51,990 nucleotides of DNA. Origin: an uncultured Hyphomicrobiales bacterium. GTDB taxonomy: Bacteria > Pseudomonadota > Alphaproteobacteria > Rhizobiales > Phreatobacteraceae. Made by a program: the position numbers and the translations under genes. Shown here in pieces: positions 31,037-41,463 of the stretch. The DNA lies in contig CAZEZD010000001.1 of NCBI GenBank assembly GCA_964516115.1, positions 1 to 51,990 of the forward strand, read 5' to 3'. Under the pieces are notes generated by a model. It made no database searches and was not told the DNA's origin. It saw only the letters and a list, made by a program, of their open reading frames with translations. Positions within the stretch are counted from its first letter, which is position 1; each line of letters starts with the position of its first letter.

Positions 31037-31711
31037 TCAGGCGGCGATGCGATAGGTCCGGTTGCTCCCGAGGGCCACGACGGATGGTCGGACGGGAAAC
31101 AGCGCACGGATCGCGGGATCGTCGATGTCGAGCCCGCCCGTGAAGCTGCCGAAAGCCGGCATGACCAGCCGCGTTTCACATGAAACGAAGACCTTGCGCC
31201 GAAGCCGGTTGCCACGAACTGCGATGACGGCGCTCGGATGGAGATGGCCGGCAATCTCGCCGTCCACGATTCCGGCGGTCGGTTCGTGGACGAATCGAAT
31301 GGCGCCATCGGTGAGTTCGGGCAGAAACTGGCCGGCAACCGCGCCCTCGAACCGCGGATCATGGTTTCCGGCAATCCAGATCCAGTCGCGTCTGGCCTGC
31401 AGTGCCGCGAGGTTCCGCGCGTCCTCAGGCGACATCCGGGACGGACCGCGGCGATCGTGAAAGCTGTCGCCGAGGGCCACGACGGTGCGCGGCTGATAAC
31501 GACGCACGACCGCAGCCAGGGTCAGAAGGGTCTCGGCTGTGTCGTAAGGCGGGAGTGGCACGCCGCGCGCCGCATAGGCGGAGCCCTTCTCCAGATGCAG
31601 GTCCGAGACCACGAGCATGTGTTCGGTTTCGCACCAGAGCGCCCCGGAGGGATCCGTCACGAAGGTGCGGCCGGCGATTGTGAGGGATGTCTCCTGCCCG
31701 GATCGTGTCAT
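31037..31711 (-). CDS. pdeM: Ligase-associated DNA damage response metallophosphoesterase/endonuclease PdeM (MPE)
   Basis: VSDLHLEKG, LPPYDT, LGDSFHD, GNHD, GHLHP and MPAFGSFTGG; overlaps the helicase stop. Confidence 0.92.
   Translation of the reverse strand: MTRSGQETSLTIAGRTFVTDPSGALWCETEHMLVVSDLHLEKGSAYAARGVPLPPYDTAETLLTLAAVVRRYQPRTVVALGDSFHDRRGPSRMSPEDARNLAALQARRDWIWIAGNHDPRFEGAVAGQFLPELTDGAIRFVHEPTAGIVDGEIAGHLHPSAVIAVRGNRLRRKVFVSCETRLVMPAFGSFTGGLDIDDPAIRALFPVRPSVVALGSNRTYRIAA
31172..31187. promoter_or_regulatory. Probable third parS site, inside pdeM
   Basis: CGTTTCACATGAAACG, close to the parS consensus with one central mismatch. Confidence 0.7.
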
Positions 31712-34293
31712 TTCTCTTCCGAATCGATCCCGCCGAGGCCCGCCTCGGCGAGGAGTGTGGCCTCGGCCTCGGCCAGGAGGGCGTCGCCCGCCTCGCCATG
31801 GATGGGTTCCCGCCCCATCTCCAGCATGACCGGCACCGCCAGAGGCGAGACGCGGTCGAGGGCACTGTGCACGATTCGCCCCCGGATTCGTGACAGCATC
31901 TGCCCGAGCCTTGCAATGTCGAGAAGCCCGGTCGCCGCATCGGCACGGGCAGCACGCAGCAGCAGGTGGTCGGGCTCGTGGCGGCGCAGCACGTCATAGA
32001 TGAGGTCGGTCGAGATGGTCACCTGCCGTCCCGACTTCTCCTTGCCCGGGTGGCGTCGCTCGATCAGGCCGGCGATCACCGCGCAGGTCCGGAAGGTCCG
32101 CTTCATGAGCTGGCTCTCGTCCAGCCAGGCCTCGAGATCGTCGCCGAGCATGTCCTCGTCGAACAGGGCGGCGAGCGGCAGGGAGCCTCGCGCGACCGCG
32201 GCGCCGAGATCGTCGAGGCACCAGACAGACAGCGAATAGTCGTTGGCGACGAAACCCATGGGTTTCAGGCCGCGGCGCTCGAGCCGGCGCGTCAGCAGCA
32301 TGCCGAGCGTCTGGTGGGCGAGACGCCCCTCGAAGGGATAGGCGACGAGATGAAAACGCTCGCCGCGCGGGAAGGTCTCGACAAGGAGCTCGTCCCGGCG
32401 CGGGATGATCGACACGGCGCGCTGCAGCTCCAGCCACTCCGCGACCTGCGGCGGCAACTTCGACCATTCCGAAGGCTCGGAGAGCATCCGGCGCACGCCC
32501 TCGGCGAGGAAGGTGGAGAGCGGGAACTTGCCGCCGGCATAGGCGGGAATCTTGGGCTCGCGCGCGCTCGAGCGCGAGACATAGACCTCGTTCTCCACCA
32601 GCGCCTCGTAGCGCAGGATCTCGCCGGAAAACAGGAAGGTGTCCCCGGAGACGAGGCCCTCGATGAAATACTCCTCGATCTCGCCGAGAACGCGGCCGCC
32701 ACGCCCGATCGGCCCGGAATAGCCGGAGGCCGCCTGCCGCAGGCTCCGCACCAGCCGCACCTTGAGCATCGGCGATTCCACGATGGTGCCGACATTCATG
32801 CGGTAGCGCTGGGCGACGGAGGGATGGGAGACCCGCCACAGGCCTTTCTTGTCCTGCCGGATCCGGGCGAAGCGCTCGTAGGTCCGCAGCGCGTAACCGC
32901 CGGTGGCGACGAAGCCGACGACGTCCTGAAAGGTCGCTGCGTCGAGGTCCGCATAGGGCGCGGCCAAGCGCACTTCCCCGAACAGGGCCTCCGCATCGAA
33001 GGGGCCGGCGCAGGCGGTGCCGAGGACATGCTGGCAGAGCACGTCGAGGGCGCCCCGGCGCAGCGGCTCGGTGTCCTGTGCCCCACGGTCGATGGCCTCC
33101 AGCGCCGCGCGGCACTCCAGCACCTCGAAGCGGTTGGCCGGGACGAGCACGGCGCGCGAGGGCTCGTCGAGGCGGTGGTTCGCCCGGCCGATGCGCTGCA
33201 TCAGCCGGCTGGAGCCCTTCGGGGCGCCGATGTTGAGCACGAGATCGACGTCGCCCCAGTCGATGCCGAGATCGAGCGAGGAGGTGCAGACGACCGCCCT
33301 CAGCCGACCCGCCGCCATGGCGTCCTCGACCTTGCGGCGCTGGGCGACGTCCAGCGATCCGTGATGCAGGGCGATCGGCAGGTTCTCCTCGTTGATCGTC
33401 CACAGGAGCTGGAACAGGAGTTCGGCCTGACTGCGGGTGTTGACGAAGAGCAGCGTCGTGCGATGGGCCTGGATGGCCTGGTAGAGCTCGCCCGCGGCAT
33501 GGCGCGCCGAATGACCGGCCCAGGGCAGGCGTTCCGCCGTTTCGAGGATGGAAATGTCGGGCCTCGCCCCCGCCTCCGCCACTACGATGGCCGCCGGCGC
33601 GGCGCTCCGGTTCTGCGGGGTGAGAAAGCGCGCGAGGTCCGCGGGGTCCCTGACGGTCGCCGACAGGCCGACCGTGACGAGATTCGGCGCAAGCGTGAAG
33701 AGACGGGCGAGGCCGAGCGCCAGCAGGTCGCCGCGCTTCGACGTGACCAGCGCGTGAAGCTCGTCGAGCACCACACGCCGGAGCGAGCCGAAGAGATAGG
33801 GCGCATCGGCGCTGGCCAGCAGAAGGGCAAGCTGCTCGGGCGTGGTGAGCAGGATGTCGGGCGGGTCTGCCCTCTGGCGCTGACGCCGCGATGTCGGCGT
33901 GTCGCCGGTGCGCGTCTCGATGCGGAGGCCGAGGCCCATCTCGTCGGCCGGCTTGTAGAGGTTGCGGGCGACGTCCACCGCCAGCGCCTTCAGGGGCGAA
34001 ATATAGAGCGTGTGCAGCCCCCGCCGTCGCGGTGGCGGCGTGCGTCCGGCCGGGGCGGGCTCCCCGACGGGCCTTAGCCGTTCCGTCAACTCGATCAATG
34101 AGGGCAGGAAGCCCGCCAGCGTCTTGCCGGCCCCTGTCGGCGCGACGAGCAGCGCCGAACGGTTCTGCTGCGCCAGCCTCAGGAGCTCGAGCTGATGGGC
34201 GCGCGGCACCCAGCCGCGGCCGGCGAACCAGGCGCCGAATCGTTCGGGGAGCAGGATGGCATCGCTCAGTTCGGGGCGGGCGCGGGCGGACAT
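31708..34293 (-). CDS. Ligase-associated DEXH-box helicase (Lhr-core)
   Basis: APTGAGKT, YISPLKAL, RTGDT, LDELH, GLSAT, HHGSL, SSLDLGID and QRIGRANH. Confidence 0.93.
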   Translation of the reverse strand: MSARARPELSDAILLPERFGAWFAGRGWVPRAHQLELLRLAQQNRSALLVAPTGAGKTLAGFLPSLIELTERLRPVGEPAPAGRTPPPRRRGLHTLYISPLKALAVDVARNLYKPADEMGLGLRIETRTGDTPTSRRQRQRADPPDILLTTPEQLALLLASADAPYLFGSLRRVVLDELHALVTSKRGDLLALGLARLFTLAPNLVTVGLSATVRDPADLARFLTPQNRSAAPAAIVVAEAGARPDISILETAERLPWAGHSARHAAGELYQAIQAHRTTLLFVNTRSQAELLFQLLWTINEENLPIALHHGSLDVAQRRKVEDAMAAGRLRAVVCTSSLDLGIDWGDVDLVLNIGAPKGSSRLMQRIGRANHRLDEPSRAVLVPANRFEVLECRAALEAIDRGAQDTEPLRRGALDVLCQHVLGTACAGPFDAEALFGEVRLAAPYADLDAATFQDVVGFVATGGYALRTYERFARIRQDKKGLWRVSHPSVAQRYRMNVGTIVESPMLKVRLVRSLRQAASGYSGPIGRGGRVLGEIEEYFIEGLVSGDTFLFSGEILRYEALVENEVYVSRSSAREPKIPAYAGGKFPLSTFLAEGVRRMLSEPSEWSKLPPQVAEWLELQRAVSIIPRRDELLVETFPRGERFHLVAYPFEGRLAHQTLGMLLTRRLERRGLKPMGFVANDYSLSVWCLDDLGAAVARGSLPLAALFDEDMLGDDLEAWLDESQLMKRTFRTCAVIAGLIERRHPGKEKSGRQVTISTDLIYDVLRRHEPDHLLLRAARADAATGLLDIARLGQMLSRIRGRIVHSALDRVSPLAVPVMLEMGREPIHGEAGDALLAEAEATLLAEAGLGGIDSEEK

Positions 34294-34300
34294 TGGCCAA

Positions 34301-34315
34301 GAACTAAACAAGAAC
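34301..34315 (-). promoter_or_regulatory. Alphaproteobacterial LexA (SOS) box
   Basis: GAAC-TAAACAA-GAAC (GTTC-N7-GTTC on the coding strand), 7 nt upstream of the helicase start. Confidence 0.85.
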
Positions 34316-34503
34316 ACGACGCCGGAAAACCGATTTGTCAAAGGGTCCCCCGAAAATCCGTAAATGTACGACACCGATCATTCACCATGCCCGACGGCTG
34401 CGCTGCGCCGCGGGGGTCCGATTCAGGTGCGCTTAATTGTCGTCAATTCATACGGAATGCCATTGCGTGGCACCTGACATCGGGGCCGCATCGGGGATTG
34501 ACC

Positions 34504-35718
34504 ATGGCCGGAACGATCATCAGGCGCCTGTTGGCGTGCCGCGAAGGCAATATTGCGCTGACCTTCGCGATCGCGGCTGTGCCGCTGATGACGGCCGTCG
34601 GGGCGGGCGTTGACTATTCGCGGTCGGAGCAGCAGCGCACCCAGATCCAGGGAACGCTGGACGCAGCCCTTCTCGCCGGCGCGAGGACCGTCGGAAGCGA
34701 GATCGCGACCGCGACAACGTTCTTCGCCAACCAGTCGACCGTTTCCGGAGCAACGACCAGCTTCCAGCTGAGCGGCACCCAGCTCTCGGGGACGGCCACC
34801 GCGACGGTCAAGACGACGTTCCTCGCCATCGCCGGCCACAGCACGATCACCGTCACCGCCAGGGGTGCGGCGATCCGCACCACGACGACGACATCCAGCG
34901 GTGCCTTGCCCTGCATCTTCGCCCTGGCGACCAACACGTCCCAGGCGCTGCTGATCAATTCCGGTGCGAAGATCAATGCGCCGGACTGCGAGGTCCATGT
35001 CCGCTCGACCGCCTCGCCGGCCGCGATCTTCAATGCCGGCACCACCCTGAACCTGAAGACCTTCTGCATCCAGGGCACGAACATCATCAAGAACACCTCG
35101 AACAGCCTGCCGATCCAGACCGGCTGTGCGGCGGCGAGCGATCCCTATGCCGGCAAGCTGCCCAAGCCCGCCGTGGGAGCCTGCACCAACACCAAGTCCG
35201 TCTATGACCCTCCGGCCTCCGGTGCATACCACTCCATGGCAGGTGGATCGGTCTGGTGCGACGTGACGTTCAACGGGTCTCCCCGCATCGTCTTCCAGCC
35301 CGGCCTGCACATCATCAAGGGCCGGATGATCATCAACGCGAACTCAATCATCGAGGGGGCGGGGGTCACCTTCTATTTCCCCGACACGAACTCCGAGATT
35401 CGCTTCAACGGCGGCATCAACGCCAAGCTCGCCGCGCCGACGACCGGAACCTATGCGAACATTCTGATGTTCGAACCGAGCACCAGCACGAACACCGCGC
35501 AGTATGTCTTCAACTCGTCGGTGAGCGAGGAGATTTCCGGCCTGATCTACCTGCCCCGGCGCGACCTCACCTACAACTCGGTATCGACGGTGAACGGCTC
35601 GAGGATCCAGATCGTCTCCAACACGATCATCTTCAACGCCCTGGACTGGCGCCTGTCGACCAACAGCGCGCTGTCGGGATCGACCTCCAGTTCGACGATG
35701 GTCCGGCTGGTGAAATAG
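34504..35718 (+). CDS. TadG/TadE-like pilus-associated protein (orphan)
   Basis: REGNIALTFAIAAVPLMTAVGAGVDY..QGTLDAALLAGA prepilin-like Tad N-terminus, then a Thr/Ser/Asn-rich beta-rich domain (PCIFAL, DPYA, GVTFYF, GLIYLP) ending VRLVK. Confidence 0.8.
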   Translation: MAGTIIRRLLACREGNIALTFAIAAVPLMTAVGAGVDYSRSEQQRTQIQGTLDAALLAGARTVGSEIATATTFFANQSTVSGATTSFQLSGTQLSGTATATVKTTFLAIAGHSTITVTARGAAIRTTTTTSSGALPCIFALATNTSQALLINSGAKINAPDCEVHVRSTASPAAIFNAGTTLNLKTFCIQGTNIIKNTSNSLPIQTGCAAASDPYAGKLPKPAVGACTNTKSVYDPPASGAYHSMAGGSVWCDVTFNGSPRIVFQPGLHIIKGRMIINANSIIEGAGVTFYFPDTNSEIRFNGGINAKLAAPTTGTYANILMFEPSTSTNTAQYVFNSSVSEEISGLIYLPRRDLTYNSVSTVNGSRIQIVSNTIIFNALDWRLSTNSALSGSTSSSTMVRLVK

Positions 35719-35740
35719 TCCGCCGCAGCTGGAACAGGCG

Positions 35741-36097
35741 CTACCGGCACGCCCAGGGCAGGAACGTGCTGGCCATGCCGGCATTCATCGCTCTGACGGT
35801 CATCAGATTGGCAAGGTCCGTTTCTGCTCCCGTCCGCGGACAGATATCCGCGGGGCCGAGGCAGCCGCCCGCCATGAACCGCGCATGGCGGTCGAGAAAA
35901 TCGCGGCCGAGGCCATCTGCGCCGCGGCGCCTGAGAGCATCCTCCCAGGCTTGCCGGTAGCGGTCGCACTTCTGCGCGGCACGGGCGTTCAGGTCCTGCC
36001 CCATTGTGTCGTGAGGCAGGGCGGGTAGCAGCAGGCCCAGGGCCAGCAGGGTCCCGGCGACAGCCCGAAGGCGGCCCGGTGAGGTTCTCGTACGCAT
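35741..36097 (-). CDS. Small exported hypothetical protein with four cysteines
   Basis: Hydrophobic N-terminal signal (VAGTLLALGLLLPAL), RBS AAGGGAG, C-terminus MASTFLPWACR. Confidence 0.6.
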   Translation of the reverse strand: MRTRTSPGRLRAVAGTLLALGLLLPALPHDTMGQDLNARAAQKCDRYRQAWEDALRRRGADGLGRDFLDRHARFMAGGCLGPADICPRTGAETDLANLMTVRAMNAGMASTFLPWACR

Positions 36098-36137
36098 CGT
36101 GCTCCCTTAGACGCCGATGGAAGGGCGCGGCAAGGCC

Positions 36138-36866
36138 CTAGCTGATCAGCTTCAGGGCCCGGAAGCTCGCATGGCCCTCGCGCCCGACGATGATGTGGTC
36201 GTGCACGACGATGCCAAGCGGCTTGGCGATGTCGACGATCTGCTGCGTCATCACGATGTCAGGCCGCGATGGCGTCGGATCACCGGAGGGGTGGTTGTGG
36301 ACGAGGATCACCGCGGTTGCCGACAGCTCCAGCGCCCGCTTCACCACCTCGCGCGGGTAGACGGGGGTGTGGTCCACCGTGCCCTCGCCCTGAAGTTCGT
36401 CGGCGATCAGCGCATTCTTGCGGTCGAGATAGAGCACGCGGAACCGCTCGCGCTCGGCGAAGGCCATGGCGGTGCGGCAATAGTCGATGAGCGCCACCCA
36501 GCTCGACAGGACCGGGCGTCGGGCGATCGCGGCGCGGCCCATCCGCAAGGCCGCCGCGTGGACGAGCTTGAGCTCGGTGGCAACCGTCGCGGTCATGCCT
36601 TCGACCTCGGCCAGCCGCGCCTCCGGCGCCGCCAGCACGTCGGCGAAGGAGCCGAAGCGCTTCAGCAGGGCCTTGGCGAGCGGCTTGACGTCGCGACGCG
36701 GGATCGCACGGAAAAGGACGAGCTCCAGTAGTTCGTAATCAGCGAGTGCGTCGGCGCCGGCCTCCCGGAAGCGGCCGCGCAGCCGCTCGCGATGGCCATG
36801 GAAATGCGGCGCCTCGGCGAATCCGGGCAGCTGATGATCTGGAACCGACTTGGTCTCTCTGGCCAT
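36138..36866 (-). CDS. radC: RadC/JAB-domain protein
   Basis: [41 protein letters not shown] and HDHIIVG. Confidence 0.95.
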   Translation of the reverse strand: MARETKSVPDHQLPGFAEAPHFHGHRERLRGRFREAGADALADYELLELVLFRAIPRRDVKPLAKALLKRFGSFADVLAAPEARLAEVEGMTATVATELKLVHAAALRMGRAAIARRPVLSSWVALIDYCRTAMAFAERERFRVLYLDRKNALIADELQGEGTVDHTPVYPREVVKRALELSATAVILVHNHPSGDPTPSRPDIVMTQQIVDIAKPLGIVVHDHIIVGREGHASFRALKLIS

Positions 36867-37021
36867 GGCCCAACTCCACTACCGACGGTAGCCGAGGTGG
36901 GCAGCTGCGAGCCCTCCGGGTGTTACCGGATGCGGCCCATCGGCCGATCGGCGGAGATGGCGTGGCTTGCTCTCGGCGTGCGGCCGGTGGACTGTCCGGC
37001 ACCGGCGAGGAGACCAAGGCG

Positions 37022-38008
<987 letters not shown>

Positions 38009-38018
38009 CAGATTGATC

Positions 38019-38043
38019 GGAACGGCGGGCACGCCCCGGCGTT
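38019..38043 (+). promoter_or_regulatory. EcfG/SigT promoter upstream of the Tat-signal protein
   Basis: Exact GGAAC ggcgggcacgccccgg CGTT (N16), 28 nt before the ATG at 38072. The same sequence can also form an imperfect hairpin after acuI. Confidence 0.65.
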
Positions 38044-38071
38044 CCGCCTTCTGAAAGGACCGGGCAGCCCG

Positions 38072-38560
38072 ATGACGACGACGCGCCGAGAGTGGATCAA
38101 GGGCTTTCTGGCTGCCGCGAGCCTCATGGCCATGGGCGGTCCGGCCCTGGCGCAGGCGGGCTTTCCGCCGCCCGCGCCCGGACAGGCGCCGCCCGGTTTC
38201 GGCGATCCGACCCGCCAGCATTTCGACACCCTGCGGCAGCAGGAGAACGAACGACGCTCCTTCGACGCCCTTCAGCGCAGCCAGCAGCGCGAGACAGAGC
38301 GCAACCTGGAGACGCTGCGCCGTCAGCAGGCGGACCAGCGCCGCGCGCTCGATGTCATGCGCCGCGAGGGACGCGAGGCCGACGCGGCGCGCACCGGTCA
38401 GCGTCTTCAGGTCCAGGGGCGCCGGCCGCGCCGGTCGCTCAGTCCGGAAGAGCGGAGCCGGATCGAGCGGGCCACCCGGTCAAGCCCGTCGTCACCCACC
38501 CCTTCGATCATCGTCGAGGACCCGCCGCGCCGCCAGCACCGGCGCCGCACGGGGTCGTGA
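38072..38560 (+). CDS. Hypothetical protein with twin-arginine-like signal peptide and an Arg/Gln-rich low-complexity body
   Basis: MTTTRREWIKGFLAAASLMAMGGPALA|Q; RBS AAGGA. Confidence 0.7.
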   Translation: MTTTRREWIKGFLAAASLMAMGGPALAQAGFPPPAPGQAPPGFGDPTRQHFDTLRQQENERRSFDALQRSQQRETERNLETLRRQQADQRRALDVMRREGREADAARTGQRLQVQGRRPRRSLSPEERSRIERATRSSPSSPTPSIIVEDPPRRQHRRRTGS

Positions 38561-38643
38561 CACGCGCGGACCTTGAGTGCACCCGTTCCGGGATGGCAAT
38601 CGCATCGCAAAAGCGCCATCATCCCTGCGGAACCTGAGCTCCC

Positions 38644-39996
38644 ATGTCCCGCACCCGACTTTCGATCTTCTCCGTCATCTGCGCCCTGATCGGCTGCGCG
38701 GCCCTCGCCACCTTCTGGTACAACCGCCCGACCACGGTCACGATCGCCGTCGGACCGGCGGGTTCGGAAGCGGCCCGCCTGATCGACGCCCTGCGCCTCG
38801 CGCTGCAGCGCGAGCGCTCCAGCGTACGCCTGAGGCTGGTGTCCTCCGACTCGCCCTCCGACAGCGCCGCCCGGCTGGAGCGCGAGGAGGTCGACCTCGC
38901 CATCGTGCGGGCGGACATTTCCTTCCCCGCCTCGGCCATGGCGGTGGCCATCTGGCAGCGCAACCCGGTCGTTCTCGCGGCGCCGTCGGATGCCGCCATC
39001 GAACGCTGGACGGACCTGCAGGGCAAGACCATCGGCGTGATGGGCCGGGGGGTGGGTTTCAACATCCGCCTGATCCAGACCATCCTGCGCGAGCACGGCG
39101 TCCAGCCAGGCAGCGTCCGGATCGTCGAAGTGCTGCCGTGGGAGACCGCGGAGGCCTTCCGCAAAAAGCAGATCGAGGCGCTGGTCACCATCGGGCCGCC
39201 TGCCGCGAAGCCGGTGGCCGATGCGGTAGCCGGTCTGGTGCGCGAGACGCCCGACGGCAAGGTGACCTTCGTTCCGGTCCGGGAGGCCGCCGCCGTCGCC
39301 GACCGCGTGTCCTTCCTCGAATCGATGGAGATCGTCGCCGGCTCCTTCGGCTCCAACCCGCCGCGCCCGGTGGAGAGCTTCCCCACCCTTGGTGTCATTC
39401 ACTATCTCGTCGCCCGCCGCGGTGTCGCCGATTCGGTGACGTCCGAGTTCACCCAGCAGCTCTTCACCCTGAGGCCAGCGCTCGCCGGCCAGCATCCGGC
39501 CGCCAACCGCCTCGAGGTTCCGGACACGGAGAAGGGGTCGTCCGTGCAGGTTCATCCTGGCGCCCTCGCCTATCTGACCGGCGAGCAGAAAACCTTCGTC
39601 GAAAAATACAGCGACTACCTCTATCTCGCCATCTTCGGCCTCTCGCTCGGTGGTTCCGCCATCGCCGGCATGGCCGGCTACCTCGGGTTCGGGCGTCGCG
39701 AGAAGCCTCCCGGCTATCTGCCGGAAGTGCTTCTGCTTCTTCGCAACGCGCGGGCCACCGACGATCCCGACATGCTCGACGCCATCGCCCAGCGCGCCGA
39801 CGACATCTTCGTCGAATCGATCGAGGCGTCGAAGCGCCCGGACTTTGATTCCAGCCAGTTCTCCACCCTGATGCTGGCCCTCGATCGCCTCAACGCCTCG
39901 ATCGCCGATCGTCGCCGCGCCATCGCGCTGATCTACGACTCCGAGGAGGATGAAGAGGCGCCGGCGCCCGTTGCGCTGACCTTCCCGCGGGGGTGA
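38644..39996 (+). CDS. TAXI-family solute-binding-domain protein with N- and C-terminal TM segments and a cytoplasmic tail
   Basis: TIAVGPAGSE, VDLAIVRAD, DLQGKTIGV and VHPGALAYL, then YLYLAIFGLSLGGSAIAGMAGYL TM and about 100 aa of helical tail. Confidence 0.8.
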   Translation: MSRTRLSIFSVICALIGCAALATFWYNRPTTVTIAVGPAGSEAARLIDALRLALQRERSSVRLRLVSSDSPSDSAARLEREEVDLAIVRADISFPASAMAVAIWQRNPVVLAAPSDAAIERWTDLQGKTIGVMGRGVGFNIRLIQTILREHGVQPGSVRIVEVLPWETAEAFRKKQIEALVTIGPPAAKPVADAVAGLVRETPDGKVTFVPVREAAAVADRVSFLESMEIVAGSFGSNPPRPVESFPTLGVIHYLVARRGVADSVTSEFTQQLFTLRPALAGQHPAANRLEVPDTEKGSSVQVHPGALAYLTGEQKTFVEKYSDYLYLAIFGLSLGGSAIAGMAGYLGFGRREKPPGYLPEVLLLLRNARATDDPDMLDAIAQRADDIFVESIEASKRPDFDSSQFSTLMLALDRLNASIADRRRAIALIYDSEEDEEAPAPVALTFPRG

Positions 39997-40047
39997 CGGG
40001 GCGACCGGGCGAAGCTATAGGATCGGTCCGTCGCCAAGAGGAGGACC

Positions 40048-40491
40048 GTGGTGGCTGCGCCCCTGATGGAGACCCGGACCAGTTCGATCGAGGAAGCCTG
40101 CATCGCCAAGGGCATGCGGATGACCGATCAACGCCGCGTCATCGCCCGCGTCATCGAGGCCGCCGCGGACCATCCGGACGTCGAGGAAATGCACCGGCGC
40201 GCCAATGCGGTCGATGCCAACATCTCGCTGTCGACGGTCTATCGCACGGTCAAGCTGTTCGAGGATTCGGGCATCATCACGCGGCATGCCTTCGGCGACG
40301 GCCGCGCCCGCTACGAGACGATCCCCGAATCGCACCACGACCACCTGATCGACCTGCGCACCGGGCAGGTCGTCGAGTTCCAGTCGGAGGAGATCGAGCG
40401 CCTTCAGGCCGAGATCGCCCGCAAGCTCGGTTACCGTCTCGTGGATCACCGGCTCGAACTCTATTGCGTGCCGCTCGATGAAGAATCCTGA
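40048..40491 (+). CDS. fur: Fur-family metalloregulator (Fur/Mur)
   Basis: GMRMTDQRRVI, DHPDVEE, ISLSTVYRTV and HHDHLID; RBS GAGGAGG. Confidence 0.92.
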   Translation: MVAAPLMETRTSSIEEACIAKGMRMTDQRRVIARVIEAAADHPDVEEMHRRANAVDANISLSTVYRTVKLFEDSGIITRHAFGDGRARYETIPESHHDHLIDLRTGQVVEFQSEEIERLQAEIARKLGYRLVDHRLELYCVPLDEES

Positions 40492-41344
40492 CCGGCCCGG
40501 CACAGAGTTCGGCCGCGGTGGGCCGAGCATCTTCGACACGGCGCGCGCCATCGTCTGGCTGATGCTCCTGATCGCGGCGGGCCTCGTCCTGCTGCCGGCG
40601 CAGATGATTGCCCATGGCTTCAATCTATCGGCCCGTCGGACGATCCCAATGCTTTTCCATCGCGTCGTACTGCGGGCCTTCGGCGCGCGGATCACCGTCC
40701 GCGGCGAGGCGACCGGGCACCGGCCGGCGCTGTTCGTGCCCAATCACGTCTCGTGGATGGACATCATGGTGCTCGGCGCCTTCGCGCCGCTCTCCTTCGT
40801 GGCCAAGTCCGAGGTCGCCGCCTGGCCGGTCTTCGGCTATCTCGCAAGGTTGCAGCGCTCCATCTTCGTCGATCGCGACCGGCGCCACACGACCTCCCGC
40901 ACGGCCGACGAGATGAGCGCCCGCATGCGCGAGGGCGAGCCCGTCGTCCTCTTCGCCGAGGGCACGTCCTCCGACGGCAACCGCACGCTGCGCTTCCGGC
41001 CGGCGCTCATCGGTGCCGCCGAGAGTCTCGCCCGCGCCACCGGCGAGACGGTCTGGATCCAGCCGATCGCGCTCGCCTACCGGCGCATCAGCGGCCTGCC
41101 ATCGGGCCGCCAGCACCGGCCGCGCGTCGCCTGGGTCGGCGACATCGACCTCGTGCCGCACGCCTGGGCCCTTCTGAAGGACGGCGCCGTCGACATCGAG
41201 CTGATCTTCGGCAATCCCGTGCCCTTCGATCCGAACGGCGACCGCAAGGCCATCGCCCTGTTCCTCGAGCAGCGCGTGCGCGGCCTGCATGCCTCCGCTC
41301 TCACCGGCAAGGAAGAGAACCTTCCGCCGCTCGCCGCTCTGTGA
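40478..41344 (+). CDS. Lysophospholipid acyltransferase (PlsC/OlsA-like)
   Basis: NHVSWMD (HX4D), FVAKSEV and FAEGTSSDG. Confidence 0.9.
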   Translation: MKNPDRPGTEFGRGGPSIFDTARAIVWLMLLIAAGLVLLPAQMIAHGFNLSARRTIPMLFHRVVLRAFGARITVRGEATGHRPALFVPNHVSWMDIMVLGAFAPLSFVAKSEVAAWPVFGYLARLQRSIFVDRDRRHTTSRTADEMSARMREGEPVVLFAEGTSSDGNRTLRFRPALIGAAESLARATGETVWIQPIALAYRRISGLPSGRQHRPRVAWVGDIDLVPHAWALLKDGAVDIELIFGNPVPFDPNGDRKAIALFLEQRVRGLHASALTGKEENLPPLAAL

Positions 41345-41463
41345 CGCGAAATTCATATTGGTTCAAGTCTTTCAGTATAGTCCCTAACGGACTCTTACTG
41401 ACTCGAAAGAACCTTTGAAATTGGACAAACCTTTCTGTGTCCAAATTGGGGAGGACACAGACA

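Noticed and set aside
34433-34448. CtrA box upstream of the TadG-like gene
   Set aside because: TTAA is present, but the second half-site at N7 spacing reads CAAT; at best a half-site.
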